Positions 39,110 through 51,289 of a stretch of 64,000 bases of DNA are shown in pieces. Each line of letters begins with the position of its first letter. Positions within the stretch are counted from its first letter, which is position 1. A model generated the notes under the pieces. It saw only the letters and a list, made by a program, of their open reading frames with translations. It was not told the DNA's origin and did not search any database. Origin of the DNA: Mobula birostris (taxonomy: Eukaryota); the NCBI RefSeq assembly GCF_030028105.1, contig NC_092381.1, positions 83,602,505 through 83,666,504 of the forward strand, in the 5' to 3' direction. The translations under genes and the position numbers were made by a program.

Positions 39110-40401
39110 GTAACGTTTTCATGTTTAGCTGTAGGCTGAGAAAACTCTGGTGCTGTGTTGTTAGCCCATAGAAAAACTGCAACGTGAACAAATATATGAA
39201 AAGACAAAATATCCAGGAATATCCCACTTTCCCAGGGTGTCAAATGACTTGTTGCTTCAAAACTCTCTTTACTGCTTCATTGCTTGACTGTGCATTGAGC
39301 ATTGACAGCTGCTGTCCATTTGTTCCGCATACTGAATATATGGTAGATGCTGCGTACTGTATATGCTGCCTTTATCTTTGCAATTAAACATTTGCATGGT
39401 TTTTCTGTGTGCTGACATAATGAACGAAAAGCCTTTAATGCCGATGGAAATCTTCACCCAACCTTCTTTAAAACTGAATTTCAGGAAGTAACGGCAGTGA
39501 TTTAGATGATTATTCTGTTTCATAGGTTAGTTGGCCATATGTTACCCCAGTGCACTTGGAATATGGGAGAATTGGGGTAGGATGCAGTGGATGGATTGTC
39601 TGGAATAAGTGGGGAATGGGATCGGTCTGAGGGTTGATAGACACTCTGGGCTGCATGTCTCCTGTGCTGTAAGAAATGTGAAAAACATATATGCAAAACG
39701 TAGGTGGGAAATTGTATTAAGTACAAATAATTGACGAAGTTCATGTGAGAAGTGGAGCAGTTTTCACAGGAACCTCTGCAATAAACACATGCCTAACCCC
39801 TAGGCTAGCCACGCCACTTGATACATTCCTCAGGTGGCCTCTCACTGTGAACTGGCAGGCAGTGGAACATTACCTGTGGTAAACTAGTTGAGTTCGTGGA
39901 AGGCATTTTGTGTGTATCTTTTTTTCCTGCATGAATTGCATAGGACCAAATTTTATTCCATATCTCCAATTTTGCTAATATGAAATGGTAATGCAGTCAT
40001 CCTCTTGACGGCTTTGCAAACTAATGGTGACAAATTCAAAGCACTATACTTGTCAGACCAAAGAACTTCACCCTCTATTTATATTTTCTCTGCGTATTTT
40101 ATGGATAAAGGTGAGAGTTCTCTCTAGTTTATTTTCAGCTTTCCTTTTAACAGCAGAATGTGTTGTGCAGAGTCAGTGTTGTCTCCTCATCAACTGTGGT
40201 CTCTCATTTTGATGATAACTAATATGGCATACACAAAATTTTGCATTAGATTTAACTCCTCCAACTGAAAACCCACCCACCTACAGGAAGGATGAGAGAA
40301 AAAGAAACACAAAGGAAGTTATTGTGTGCATTTGCTTTTTAATTAGGACTTGAAGGTGAGTGTTGAATATTTCTTCATATTATTTTGTTTTCCTCAAATA
40401 G

Positions 40402-40581
40402 TTTCAAAACATAAAAAGAAAAAAAAAGACAAGAGGAAAGGGCAGTTGTGCTTGGAAGATGAGAGCAATTTGAATCCAAAGCTTGGCCAGGCTGTAGACA
40501 AAAGCTACCTCTGCTGCAATCACCATCGAGCCATGATTGCTGGCTTGGTTCTACTAGGTAACAAAGGTGGTTTTCTTCCAG
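40402..40581 (+). CDS. METTL13: METTL13 coding exon 5 (Lys-rich linker)
   Basis: tag|(V)SKHKKKKKDKRK...VDKSYLCCNHHRAMIAGL...FLP+G|gtaaga; 180 nt. Confidence 0.94.
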
Positions 40582-40729
40582 GTAAGAAGGTAAAATGGAA
40601 AGGATTGGATAAGTATTCAGTAAATATTTATATTGTGTCCTTAGTGTAGTGAAATGACCCAAAGTGCTTTGGAGGTGCATAATTGGCCCAACATTAGCAC
40701 TGAACCAATTACAACAATGGTCAAACACT

Positions 40730-41422
40730 TCAAAGTTCAAAGCAAATTTATAATCAAAGTACAGATATGTCACCATATACTGCCCTGAAATTTATTTTCT
40801 TGTGGGCATACTCAATAAATCCATAATGGAATAATAACCATCACAGAATTAATGAAGGACTGCACCAACTTGGGAGTTCAACCGGTGTACAAAAGACAAC
40901 AAATAGTGGAAAGGCAAAAAGGAAGAAATAATAATAAATAAATAAATAAACGATATATAATCGAGAACATGAGATGAAGAGTTCTTGAAAATGAGTCAAT
41001 AGGTTGTGGGAACATTTCAATGATGGGGCAGGTGAAGTTATCCCCTTTGGATCAAGAAGCCTGATGCTTGAGGGGTAATAACTGTTCTTGAACCTGGTGG
41101 TGTGAGTCCTGAGCAGCGACAAGAGAGCATGTCTTGGGTGGTGGGGGTCCCTGATGATGGATGCTGCTTTCTTGCAACAGTATTTCATGTAGATGTGCTT
41201 AATGGTGCAGAGGTCTTTACCTCTGATGGACTGGGCCATATCCACTACTTTTTGTAGGATTTTCCATTCAATGGGATTGGTGTTTCCATACCAAGCTGTG
41301 ATGCAGCCAGTCAGTATACTCTCCGCTGCATATCAATAGAAGTTTGTCAAAGTTTTAGAAGCTCTGCCAAATTTTTGCAAACTCTTAAGGAAGTAGAGGC
41401 ACTGCCATGCTTTCTTTGTAAT
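40730..41422 (-). mobile_element. Rex1/Babar-like LINE 3' fragment; related copies at ~16770-17045 and ~48965-49900
   Basis: KKAASIIRDPHHPRHALLS...TTRFKNSYYPS; shared 3' UTR (aaagtaaatttatt...atcgagaacatgagatgaagagtc). Confidence 0.85.
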
Positions 41423-43289
41423 TCGTAACTTGGTCAATGTAGTTTTGAAGGGAGGTTTAAGGAGATGAGATGTTGATATAGTTGTCCAGGCTTTTCTTTT
41501 CTGGACGGAGTTAATTTAGGGAATGGTTGGTTAGGGTGAGGTAAAAGGATCAGTAAATGATAGTGATAGAAAGAGGGTGGAGTTAGAAGGAACAGACACT
41601 TCATCTTACTCTGTGCCCACCCATCTCCTCCCTCTAGTGCTCCCCCCACCTTTTCTTTCTTCCATGGCCTTCTGTCTCTTTCACCAATCAACTTCCCAGC
41701 TCTTTACTTCATCCCTCCCCCCCCTTCAGGTTTCACCTATCACCTGGTGTTTCTCCCCTCCCCCACCTTTTAAATCTACTCCTCAGCGTTTTTTCTCCAG
41801 TCCTGCTGAAGGGTTTTGGCCCAAGATGTCGACTATACTTTTTTCTATTGATGCTGCCTGGCCTGCTGAGTTCCTCCAGCATTTTGCGTGTGTGGCTTGG
41901 ATTTCCAGCATCTGTAGATTTTCTCTTGTTTGTGTTTGGAGTTAGAAGGAAGTTTCCTGTTTCGTGATGATGCAACACCTGAGGTTGTCTCCTGGTTATT
42001 TCTTTGGCATGTTAATAATTTAGCAAGTGCTTCCCTGATGTGTTAGTTTTACATTGTGTCTTTATTGGAAAATAATATTTATGTACACAATGTGGTGATA
42101 CCCTGAAACATCTTTTACTTTAAATTGCAGATTTAGAAAGTGAAAGTGGAATGATAAGGAACGTGAAAGTCAAATGATAAGGAAAAAGGGCAAAACAGAT
42201 AGATGGCACCAGCATAAACTACTTAGACAAACTGTTTCCTTGCAGTTGGTGGGGGGGGGGGGGAGTGCTCTTTGGTGATTGTGTCACTAGATTACTGGTC
42301 TGGAGGCCAGAACAATAACCAGTAATGAAACAAAAGGAAAAAAATGCCAGAAACATTCACACATCAGGCAGCATCTGTGGGAAGGGCTGCAAATGTTAAC
42401 ATTACAGGTCAGATGGCATCTGTAAGAGCTCTTTCAGCTTTCCAGCATCAGCAGATTTTTTATTTAATCCTTAATAACCAGTAGCAGGCTGGAAGACCTA
42501 GTGACAGAAATGAGACAGGAAAGAAGTGTTTATTCACTTCCCTCTGGCCAGTCTGCAGTGCTTCACTTTATTTATTTTCAGAATATGCATGATGTTGACA
42601 GCCGCAATCATTACCCTTGTTAAAGATAGTGCTCGGCAGCCCTGAATTGCTTGTGTCTGGGTGATAATGGAGGGGAATTTTGGAATACTGGCCACACATA
42701 ATTTCTGATTTTGCTCTCTTCATTTAGAAACTAACTCAAGTTGTATGAATTTCCTTTTTCTCTTTAGTTAGTTTCCTTGCACTCGGGCTATAAAGAGCCT
42801 GTTAAGGTTAAAGAATTGTTAAAGTCTAAATGCGCTGCTTCATTGTATTGCTCATTGATTTGTCGGGAGTCTCTGAAGGGCTGTCGTTCCCAATTACTTT
42901 GAAGTGCCAGTGTTGGCAGAATACTACAGCTGCAGAGACCTTGCTGAGTTATTAGTGTTTTCAGTAGATTGAGATGTAGCCTCAATGCTGCAGGGCCTGT
43001 AACTTTGTCAGACTTGATTTTGCTCTGCTTTAGAAATGAGTTTAAGTTGCATGAACTTAATGTGGCTCTTTAGTTTCTTTTCCCTCTGACTATAAAGTGC
43101 CTGTTATATTGAAGAACCGATGCAAATATAAGCAGCTTTAGGTGTTATCTAATTTTCATGATAAAAAGATGTGAACGATATAGAAATGTTTCCCCTTGGA
43201 GTGATACACTTCTGATCTTGATCTAAAATGTGCTTGCTTCATTGCGTGACATTATACTGATGCCCAGTCTTCACTCTTACCCTCTTCAG

Positions 43290-43502
43290 ATGCTGCGATC
43301 TCTCTGCTGGTGATTGGCCTTGGCGGTGGGAGCCTTCCATTGTTTATTCACGACTTCTTCTCCCAGTCGACCATTGATGCCATTGAAATCGATCCTGAGA
43401 TGTTGGAGGTCGCGACCAGGTGGTTTGAATTTTCCCAGGACAATCGAATGAAGGTGATTCTGGCAGATGGCTTGCATTATATACGTACACTTGCAGATGA
43501 AG
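43290..43502 (+). CDS. METTL13: METTL13 coding exon 6 (C-terminal spermidine-synthase-like methyltransferase domain)
   Basis: cag|(D)AAISLLVIGLGGGSLPLF...IEIDPEMLEVATRWFEF...ADE+G|gtaaga; 213 nt. Confidence 0.96.
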
Positions 43503-43993
43503 GTAAGAAACGTAGATTGGCAATATTTGCAAAGCAGCAATTTATTCCTTTCTCAATATTTTTCATCCTTCTTGTTAATGTTTATGTATTTTTTCTGAAT
43601 CTTCTTTAAAAACGCTATTAATTCTGGATTCCTATTAATAGTTGAGCATTTGAGAGTATGTCGGCACTTGCATCTCTTCCAAAAAACAGTGCAGCACTCC
43701 CTCAGTACTGCATTGGAACATCAGCCTAATTTGAACAACATAGCAGGGGTCTCTTTATTATCACATTTCTAGATGCAATTACTTACTTTCTGTTAAGATT
43801 TGATAATTGTGAAGGAATCTTTTGAGCTTATAGCGATGTTTCATTTGTTACTCCTCATACCAGCTTGCTTTTGCATTCATCATTTCCCTTGTTTCCTCTG
43901 CTCCTCCCTATTTAAAGATTATGTTGCCCAGAATGACAGGATTTTAGTCAGGCAAAATATTTAGAAATTGGGATCCAGCTTTGGGTTGTCATG

Positions 43994-44296
43994 TGGCGTG
44001 TGGCCAAGTGGTTAAGGCGTTGGACTAGTGATCTGAAGGTCGTGAGTTCGAGCCCCAGCCGAGGCAGCGTGTTGTGTCTTTGAGCAAGGCACTTAACCAC
44101 ACACTGCTCCAGTCCACCCAGCTGAAAATGGGTACCGGCAAAATGCTGGGGGTTAACCTCGTGATAGACTGACGTCCTATCCGGGGGGGGGGGGTGGGGG
44201 GGTGGGAGTCTCACACTCTCAGTCGCTTCACGCAGCAGAAACCGGCATAAGCACCAGCTTGATGAGCCTATAAAGCTCAGGACAGACTTTAACTTT
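43994..44296 (+). mobile_element. tRNA-derived SINE (A box TGGCCAAGTGG, B box GTTCGAGCC, CORE-like domain) with 14-bp TSD
   Basis: TTTGGGTTGTCATG at 43980-43993 and 44297-44310; tail gactttaacttt. Confidence 0.9.
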
Positions 44297-44680
44297 TTTG
44301 GGTTGTCATGGAGTCAGGGTGATGGGGTCCACCAGCCAGCTACTGGAGGTTGATTGATCTTCCAGATTTTATAATGTAGCAGTGCTACCTCACTTAGCCA
44401 TAATTTTCTTCAAGTATGGCCCAGTCAATAACTTGCATTTCCAGTCAGAAGACCCTGTATTTCAGATCCTGGTCCAGGGATTTGAATGCTAAAGTTCAGG
44501 CTGACATGCCAAAGCAGTATTGAGGAAGTGTGTTAAGCTGTACTGAAAATTATTAAGCAGGGCCCCACCTACAGTCTCAAGTGAATGTAAACAAAATCCT
44601 CGGGCACTATTTTTGAGTTGCTTGATGAAGATGTTCTTGGGTTTATTTAACCCTCAGCTGAACTATGAAATATAAGGACT

Positions 44681-44898
44681 AAAACAACAGGAATTCTGCA
44701 GATGCTGGAAATTCAAGCAACACACATCAAAGTTGCTGGTGAATGCAGTAGGCCAGGCAGCATCTCTAGGAAGAGGTGCAGTCGACGTTTCAGGCCGAGA
44801 CCCTTCATCAGGACTCCTGACGAAGGGTCTCGGCCTAAAACGTCGACTGCACCTCTTCCTAGAGATGCTGCCTGGCCTGCTGCGTTCACCAGCAACTT
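44681..44898. mobile_element. Penelope-derived fold-back (hairpin) insertion with 15-bp TSD
   Basis: TGAAATATAAGGACT at 44666-44680 and 44899-44913; inverted arms 44728-44813 and 44815-44900 with 4 mismatches. Confidence 0.9.
44779..44815 (-). ncRNA. Minimal type-I hammerhead ribozyme motif (Penelope-associated)
   Basis: Minus strand reads AGTC-CTGATGA-AGG-GTCTCGG-CCT-GAAACGTC-GACT: stem I, CUGAUGA core, stem II, GAAA, palindromic ACGU in place of stem III, and a GUC cleavage triplet. Confidence 0.8.
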
Positions 44899-46473
44899 TG
44901 AAATATAAGGACTGCTGACTTTCATAGTGTTTGTGTGGGTGTTCTATGCAAATGTTATATCTTGTGCTGTAATAAGTAATCAGCTAACAAGCCATTCAGA
45001 AAACCGATGGTTCAGCATCTGCCTCACTGGGTAGTGCGTACAGTGTCTGCTCACCCCAGCCTTTGGTTTCTGCATCCCCTTCCACCAGCACGTGTCCTGA
45101 TTCCTGTACTCCCATTAAAAATGTCTGCTGTTCTTTATTTTCTCTTGCACTGACTTAACACTTGATTGACACACTGTAGTGTCACCATACAGCATGGTTT
45201 TATAAAATTGAATTGAAAAATGTTTGGAATGTTAACAAAATAACATCTGATGGTCTGGAAAATCTCCGGCTCTGGCACCACCAAAGACCCAGGCAGCTGG
45301 TTTACTAGGGTTTATCCATATCACCATGTCCAACAATACTGAATAGAATGTAAGTTAATTGTTTGTAAGCAAGTGTGCGCTTCATGTATCTTCCCGTCTA
45401 CTCCAGCAATGAAACCTGTCTCTTAGTACAAGGTAAGTCCTGTTGAATCAAGGGGCAAATCCCATCCAGGTGTGCATTTGAAGCCACCACCACCAGCTTC
45501 ATTGCCCGCCAAATAGAATGAATTTTCATCAGTCCCTTACTCTCTGCTCCCTGACACTTGCCTGCTGTCAATAACCTGATAGCTTGTTAGTCTTTCAATG
45601 TGACAGGCTGTGGCCAGGAAGCAGAGACAAAATTCGTAGCTTGGATTGTCCTATTAAATTTAACAGGATTCAAGGAAAACTTGTCCTGCTTCCGGGATTT
45701 AATTCATTCCACAGTGTTTACTCCGCTGACAGTGAAATACACTTCAGCTTTTATTCCACTTAATTTATTTTTGGTTGAGGATCCTTATTCTAGGAGGGTG
45801 AAATGTAATGGAAAATGTTGCTGCTTTCCGCAATCTTTAAGATGTACGTAGTCACTGTGGCTGTGTTCTAAACAGGGAAAAGAATTGTAGATCAAAGATT
45901 TTCTTGCATGGTGTTGGCTCTGACGTACAATTCAAATGATGGTGCAGTTTTCGTCTTTGTCCCTGGGGATTCATTTGTCAAAGTCGACTGATATCCTAGA
46001 TATCTTTTACGCCTGTTTGAAGTGGAAAATTAACTGAGTTGGGCAACTCAGTCTTCCATTCTAAATTCTTTCAGTTCCTTAATAAGCATACTGTAGCCCC
46101 TTTAATAAACTGTCAAGAAATTTCCTTGACATCTTTGTTGGGATTGGATATGATGGTGCATTTTTAGTCATGAACAGAATAATTTAGTGTTTGTTGTGGT
46201 GATTGAAACTTCCACAATACTAAATCGGCACGAAAGGCAAAATTTGCTCTGTGTGTTATTCTTTGTGCTTACTTTTGATAGCCGTCCATCTGTCAGATTG
46301 TATTCATCACCAGCAGTTTGGAGAAAGACAGTTTGGAACCAGGCCCTTCAGCTCACTGAATCTACTGTGTACCAACTAACAAGCATCTGTTTGCACTGCT
46401 CTGGCACTTTTTTATTCTCCCACATTCTCATCAGTTCTCTTCAGCTCTTGCACCGGGGCAACTTGGAGTGGCT

Positions 46474-46682
46474 TGTTTTTCATTTGGGGCCCTTAGCTCC
46501 CAAGTGGAGGATAGGGCATCGTCCTCTGAAATCGATGGTACAGTTGGAGTTAATCAATGCTTCTGCAATCTGTTGCATTCACTGTACAGGGGATTGGCCT
46601 GTAGAGCGTCACCAGAGCCCTGTTGGCCAGCCTTAACACGTTTCTACCTCTCACAACGGGGACAGAGGGTTGGACATTGAGA
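46474..46682 (-). mobile_element. 209-bp retroposed insertion with 17-bp TSD, possibly an RTE-type SINE or LINE 3' end
   Basis: GGCAACTTGGAGTGGCT at 46457-46473 and 46683-46699; the minus-strand end gatgccctatcctccacttgggagctaaggg resembles RTE 3' ends. Confidence 0.65.
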
Positions 46683-46948
46683 GGCAACTTGGAGTGGCTG
46701 ATTGACCAAATATCCTGGGATGTAGGAGGACATGCATGGTCACAGGAAGAAAGTGTAAATTCTACACTGACAGCACCTGGGGTGAGGGTTGATGGGTCTC
46801 TGGTCCTGCAAGTCAGTGACTATACTAGCTCAGAATTACATCTTTAGTTCAGTCACTATTTCTCCCCTGCCCAACCTACAAATTTTGATTTAGGGGTTCA
46901 AGTAGAACAGATATGAGGAATAAAATGATTTTGTTTTCATTACTGCAG

Positions 46949-47080
46949 GGAGTGGCTCCTATGATGTTATCATGTTTGACGTGGATAGTAAAGATGCTAC
47001 CCTTGGAATGAACTGTCCTCCACCAGCTTTTGTAGACCGGGCATTTCTCCAGAAAGTACGAAGTCTTTTGGCACCCCGAG
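46949..47080 (+). CDS. METTL13: METTL13 coding exon 7
   Basis: cag|(G)[28 protein letters not shown]...LAPR+G|gtgaat; 132 nt. Confidence 0.96.
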
Positions 47081-48230
47081 GTGAATGATCTTTTCCTTTT
47101 GCAATATTTTGTAAATCTGAGTCGTAGTTAACTGTATCTGTTCTACAGAACAGACTGTCAACTATTATTGTCAGTCAACTATAATCTGTGCCTGCAAGTT
47201 ATCAGATAAGAGTTCACCACCTACAAGTTTTGCAAAATGTTATTTGTGCAAGGTTTTGTTCCCTGCATTTAAAGGAGCAATGCAGCTCATCTTTTTGTTT
47301 TTAGGAAAGTGTATTAGGTTTCTGCAAACAATAAACATGTATTTGTCATAACATTCTGCATAGTTAAAATATTGCTTCTATCAGGTGTGGTCGGTTCTAA
47401 CTTTCTTGCCACCAGGCTGCAAGGTTTTGTCTTCAAGCCCTGCATTTATATTGAATACTTACTCTAAGCAGATGCTTCACTGCTGTGTGGGTGGAAATTA
47501 CACCAAATTCTATGCTTTCGTTTAATCACATTTGTTGGATGTACTAGTTCCTATCTAATGGAAGGTTCCCATCTTTCTACATACAAAATGAATTCATAGG
47601 TCTGGAGTAAGAGTGGGAATATGATATAGGGATAAGTGAAAGACCATTACTATTGGTTCGAAGGTCCAACAGCCTTTTCTTCTATTTTCTGTGTTTTTAC
47701 ATTTAAATTTGTGTAAGGTAAGATCAGTGTGATTGGGGCAGTACAGCTTGCAGGGAGATCATGTAGCTCATGGTTGGTGTCGTCTTTTTTCTCACTTTTT
47801 CTCCATATTATTTCTCTTCCTTGCAAGATATGTTCTGCTAAACAAAACTTGCACTAGAAAATTGGAAAACAGTGATCTTTGGATGTGCAATCCATGTCAG
47901 TAAAATTGCTGCATCTAATAAATTAGGATTTTGGGCACTTACCTGTAAAACTGTATCCCTAAGCCCATAAGGGAATGACAAAAGATTTCTGGTGGGTAGG
48001 AGGTGTAGTTTGTTGTGGCAGTAAGTTTGATTGGATTAAAGTGAAGTTGCAAAGGAAATTTATTTTCTTTATGGTGCCTGTGCCATTTTTTTTGCATAAC
48101 TTTCCAAAATCTATGGAATATGCCAGACTAGGAATATACTTGCTGAATGTAAATATTTAAAGATGTTCCTCAGCTGCCGAAATGCTATCCACTTTTGTGT
48201 TTTAATTAAAGTTCACTTCAATTGTTTCAG

Positions 48231-48505
48231 GACTCTTCATTCTAAATCTGGTTTGCAGAGACGACAGACTGAAAGAAAAAGTCATGGCAGACATCAAATT
48301 GGTTTTCCCCCTCGTTTACTTGCAGAAGATTGAGGGTGAGGTGAATGAAATATTGTACTGCCAGTTGTCCACGGAACTCAAAACCGGTTCTAAACACCTT
48401 CTTAACGCAGGTCAGATATTGGAAAATGATCTGAGAAAATCTGGCAAACACTGGGACCAAACCTACAGACTCGCAGAGATGTTGGAGAAAGTTACAATTG
48501 TGTGA
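48231..48505 (+). CDS. METTL13: METTL13 last coding exon, with TGA stop
   Basis: cag|(G)LFILNLVCRD...IEGEVNEILYC...LEKVTIV*. The eight exons sum to 2100 nt = 699 aa plus stop, with all phases consistent. Confidence 0.96.
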
Positions 48506-49559
48506 AAATTAGGTCACTGGATTAGATGTAGACACAAAAAGATTAATGTTTATTGTTTGCAGTGACTTTCAGTGTCATTAACCAGGGATATGAACTTGGA
48601 AGTCTTCAAACATTCATCACTATTTGCTTAAATCAACGTGTTTACTTCAAGTACATGTGTGCTGCTCAAATTGCATTTCATCATTTGTCTACTTTGTTTT
48701 TCTTTAGTACAAGAAACCTTTGAATCTTTTTTGATTTGAGCAAAAAGAAAAGAGGAGTTATGTTCACTTCGAAATGAAATTTGTTGGAGATGGTGAATGC
48801 CCATTTGAACTGTTGCAGCTCCTGTTAATGAAAGATCTTATTGCAGAACCCTATTTCAGGGTTTTGACCCAGTGATGATGGGGATGTATTTCAATATGAA
48901 GAATGTGTATAACTTAAAGGGCAACCTGTGTATGGTGGTATTTCAATGTGCTGGCTATTCTTGTTCAAAATTGAAAGTAAATTTATTATCAAACTACATG
49001 AATTTCATCATATGCAATCATGAGGTTTGTTTTCTTGCGGGCATACTCAATTAATCCACAATAGAATAATAACCATAATAGGATCAACGAAAGACCTCAC
49101 CAACTTGTGTGTTCAACCAGTCTGCAAAAGACAACAAACCACGCAAATACAAAAAGAAAGAAATAATAAATAAATAAGCGGTAAACATCGAGAACATGAG
49201 ATGAAGAGTCTTTGAAAGTGAGTCCATGGGTTGTGGAACATTTCAGTGATGGGGCAAGTGAAGGTGAGTGAAATTATCCCCTTTGGTTGAAGAGCCTGAT
49301 TGTTGAGTGCTAATATCTGTTTCTGAACCTGGTGCTGTGAGCCTTGAGGCTCCTGTACCTTCTTCCTAATGGCAGTAGTGAGAAAGGAGCATGCCCTGGG
49401 TGGTGGGGGTCCCTGATGCTAGATGCTGCTTTCCTGTGATAATGCTGAGGAGGGCCTTACCTATGACGGACTGTGCTATTTGTAGGATTTTTACGTTTAG
49501 GGCATTGGTGTTTCCATACCAGGCTGTGATGCAGCCAGGCAATATACTCTCCACTACAC

Positions 49560-50091
49560 CTCTTGTTGTATTACAAACTGCTCTGCATGGAATTTTACAT
49601 TCCCCTCCCTGGGGGTGCAACAGAAAGTAGCTGCACTCTGTGTCGGATACAGTATATAGACATAAAATGCACGCTCCGTGGCAATTCACCAAGCCAAAGT
49701 TGTAGATGTCATGCTGTATCTTCGCAAAGTCCTCAGGAAACTGAGGCGCTGCTGTGCTTTCTTCATTATCGCCCTTTCGACTGAGCTCAGGACAAGCCGT
49801 CTGAAATGACAGCACTGAGGAATTTAAAGTCACTGACCCTCTCCTCCTCTGATGAGGACTGGTTCATGGACCTCTGCTTCCCTCCTCCTGGTCAATAATC
49901 AACAACCATGAGAGCAACTCAGTGTCAGTCCTTGTTCTTCTAACTGCCAGTTGGCGAGGTGCTGAAAAAGGCTTGGTGAATTGCCACAGAGTATGTACTG
50001 TATCTGACACAGATTGCAGTTACTTTCTGTCGCACCCCCAGGGAAGGGTACGTAAAATTCCGTGCAGAGCAGTTTGTAATACAACAAAAGA
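49560..50091. repeat. Local inverted repeat (49560-49695 vs 49970-50091)
   Basis: ttgtattacaaactgctctgca...ggcaattcaccaagcc versus its reverse complement ggcttggtgaattgcc...tgcagagcagtttgtaatacaa. Confidence 0.88.
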
Positions 50092-51289
50092 TGCAGGAAC
50101 TGCGTCATTGGTTATTCCAAAACTCTTGATAAGCAATGTGGGGGGGAAAGTTTATTTGTATTAATAATGAGGGTTCCTTTACGATAAAGGAAAAACTTCC
50201 CAAGAAACATACGTAAGAATTTGGGAGGAAGTGATCAGTGGCCAAACTTCTTTGAATCTAGTTGTGTTTAAGATCCTAATATATTTTCCAATTTAACTTG
50301 TCAGAACTGGGAAGGGAATGGAGAGTGAAAAACTCGCAGGACATGTTCAGAAGTCCTAACGCAGTACAGAGATTGTGTGGATGTTGCAACAAACGTTCTA
50401 TATCACTGCCTTGTTTGACTTATCCCATAGAGTTAAAGAAGAGCTGTAACTACTGGGAGATAATGTGGACATGGGGAGACATGTAGACTTTGCCAGTATC
50501 TGGTAGTTGACCTGTTTTTTTTAGTAGATTTTGGTTGCAAATTGCACATTGACTTTTTTGAGCCAGTACAACTGCTCTCATTAGTGTCCCATATTCACCT
50601 ATTCCAATATTTAAATGGAATATCATGGTTCTAATAAACCGTTCTTGGGAATTGGATGTTATTTTACTTTTTGTTGCCAATATATGGTTACTTAGATCTG
50701 TGGAACACAGTGAGAAATGCTCAATCAATAAATTGTTTTGTTTTATAGACAGTAATAACAAATGTAGCAATTGAATTCAGCATACCTAGATCTAAAATAT
50801 GTAATAACTATATTAAATCATTAATTTATCAAACTTAATACTACCAATATATTTGGGAATACTTAAATTTAAAGTTTTTTTTATATGTGGCCTATGACAT
50901 TATGGCTACGTATCTTCACAATTGTGTGAGTTTGAAAACAGGAGGATTTCCCTTGGACAGCTCCTAATATTTTCTGCAGTCATCATATTTATAAATCTCT
51001 CCTAAGAGCATCTTGCATTATTTAAAAGTTTTGATTTTACTTTCCACATGCTTAATACACTTTTATCATTTTGGTGAGTTTGCTGTAATTGCCTTGCTTT
51101 TTTTGTGATGTTCCTGAAAAAGAAAAGAAATTTCTTTGGGTTATTGGGGTTGGAGATTTTTTTGTGCATGCATAACACATTACATTGAATGTGTTGGCTT
51201 CAATTAACTTCAAAGGTGCATAACCAGCCCACATCCTTCTCCAACATCTCGATGCTGATTGCTGAAAAGTTATACCCAACGCTCAATTC

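Noticed and set aside
43994-44070. tRNA-like sequence with A and B boxes
   Set aside because: It is the head of a SINE, with a central domain, tail and TSD and a second copy at 28 kb; not a tRNA gene.
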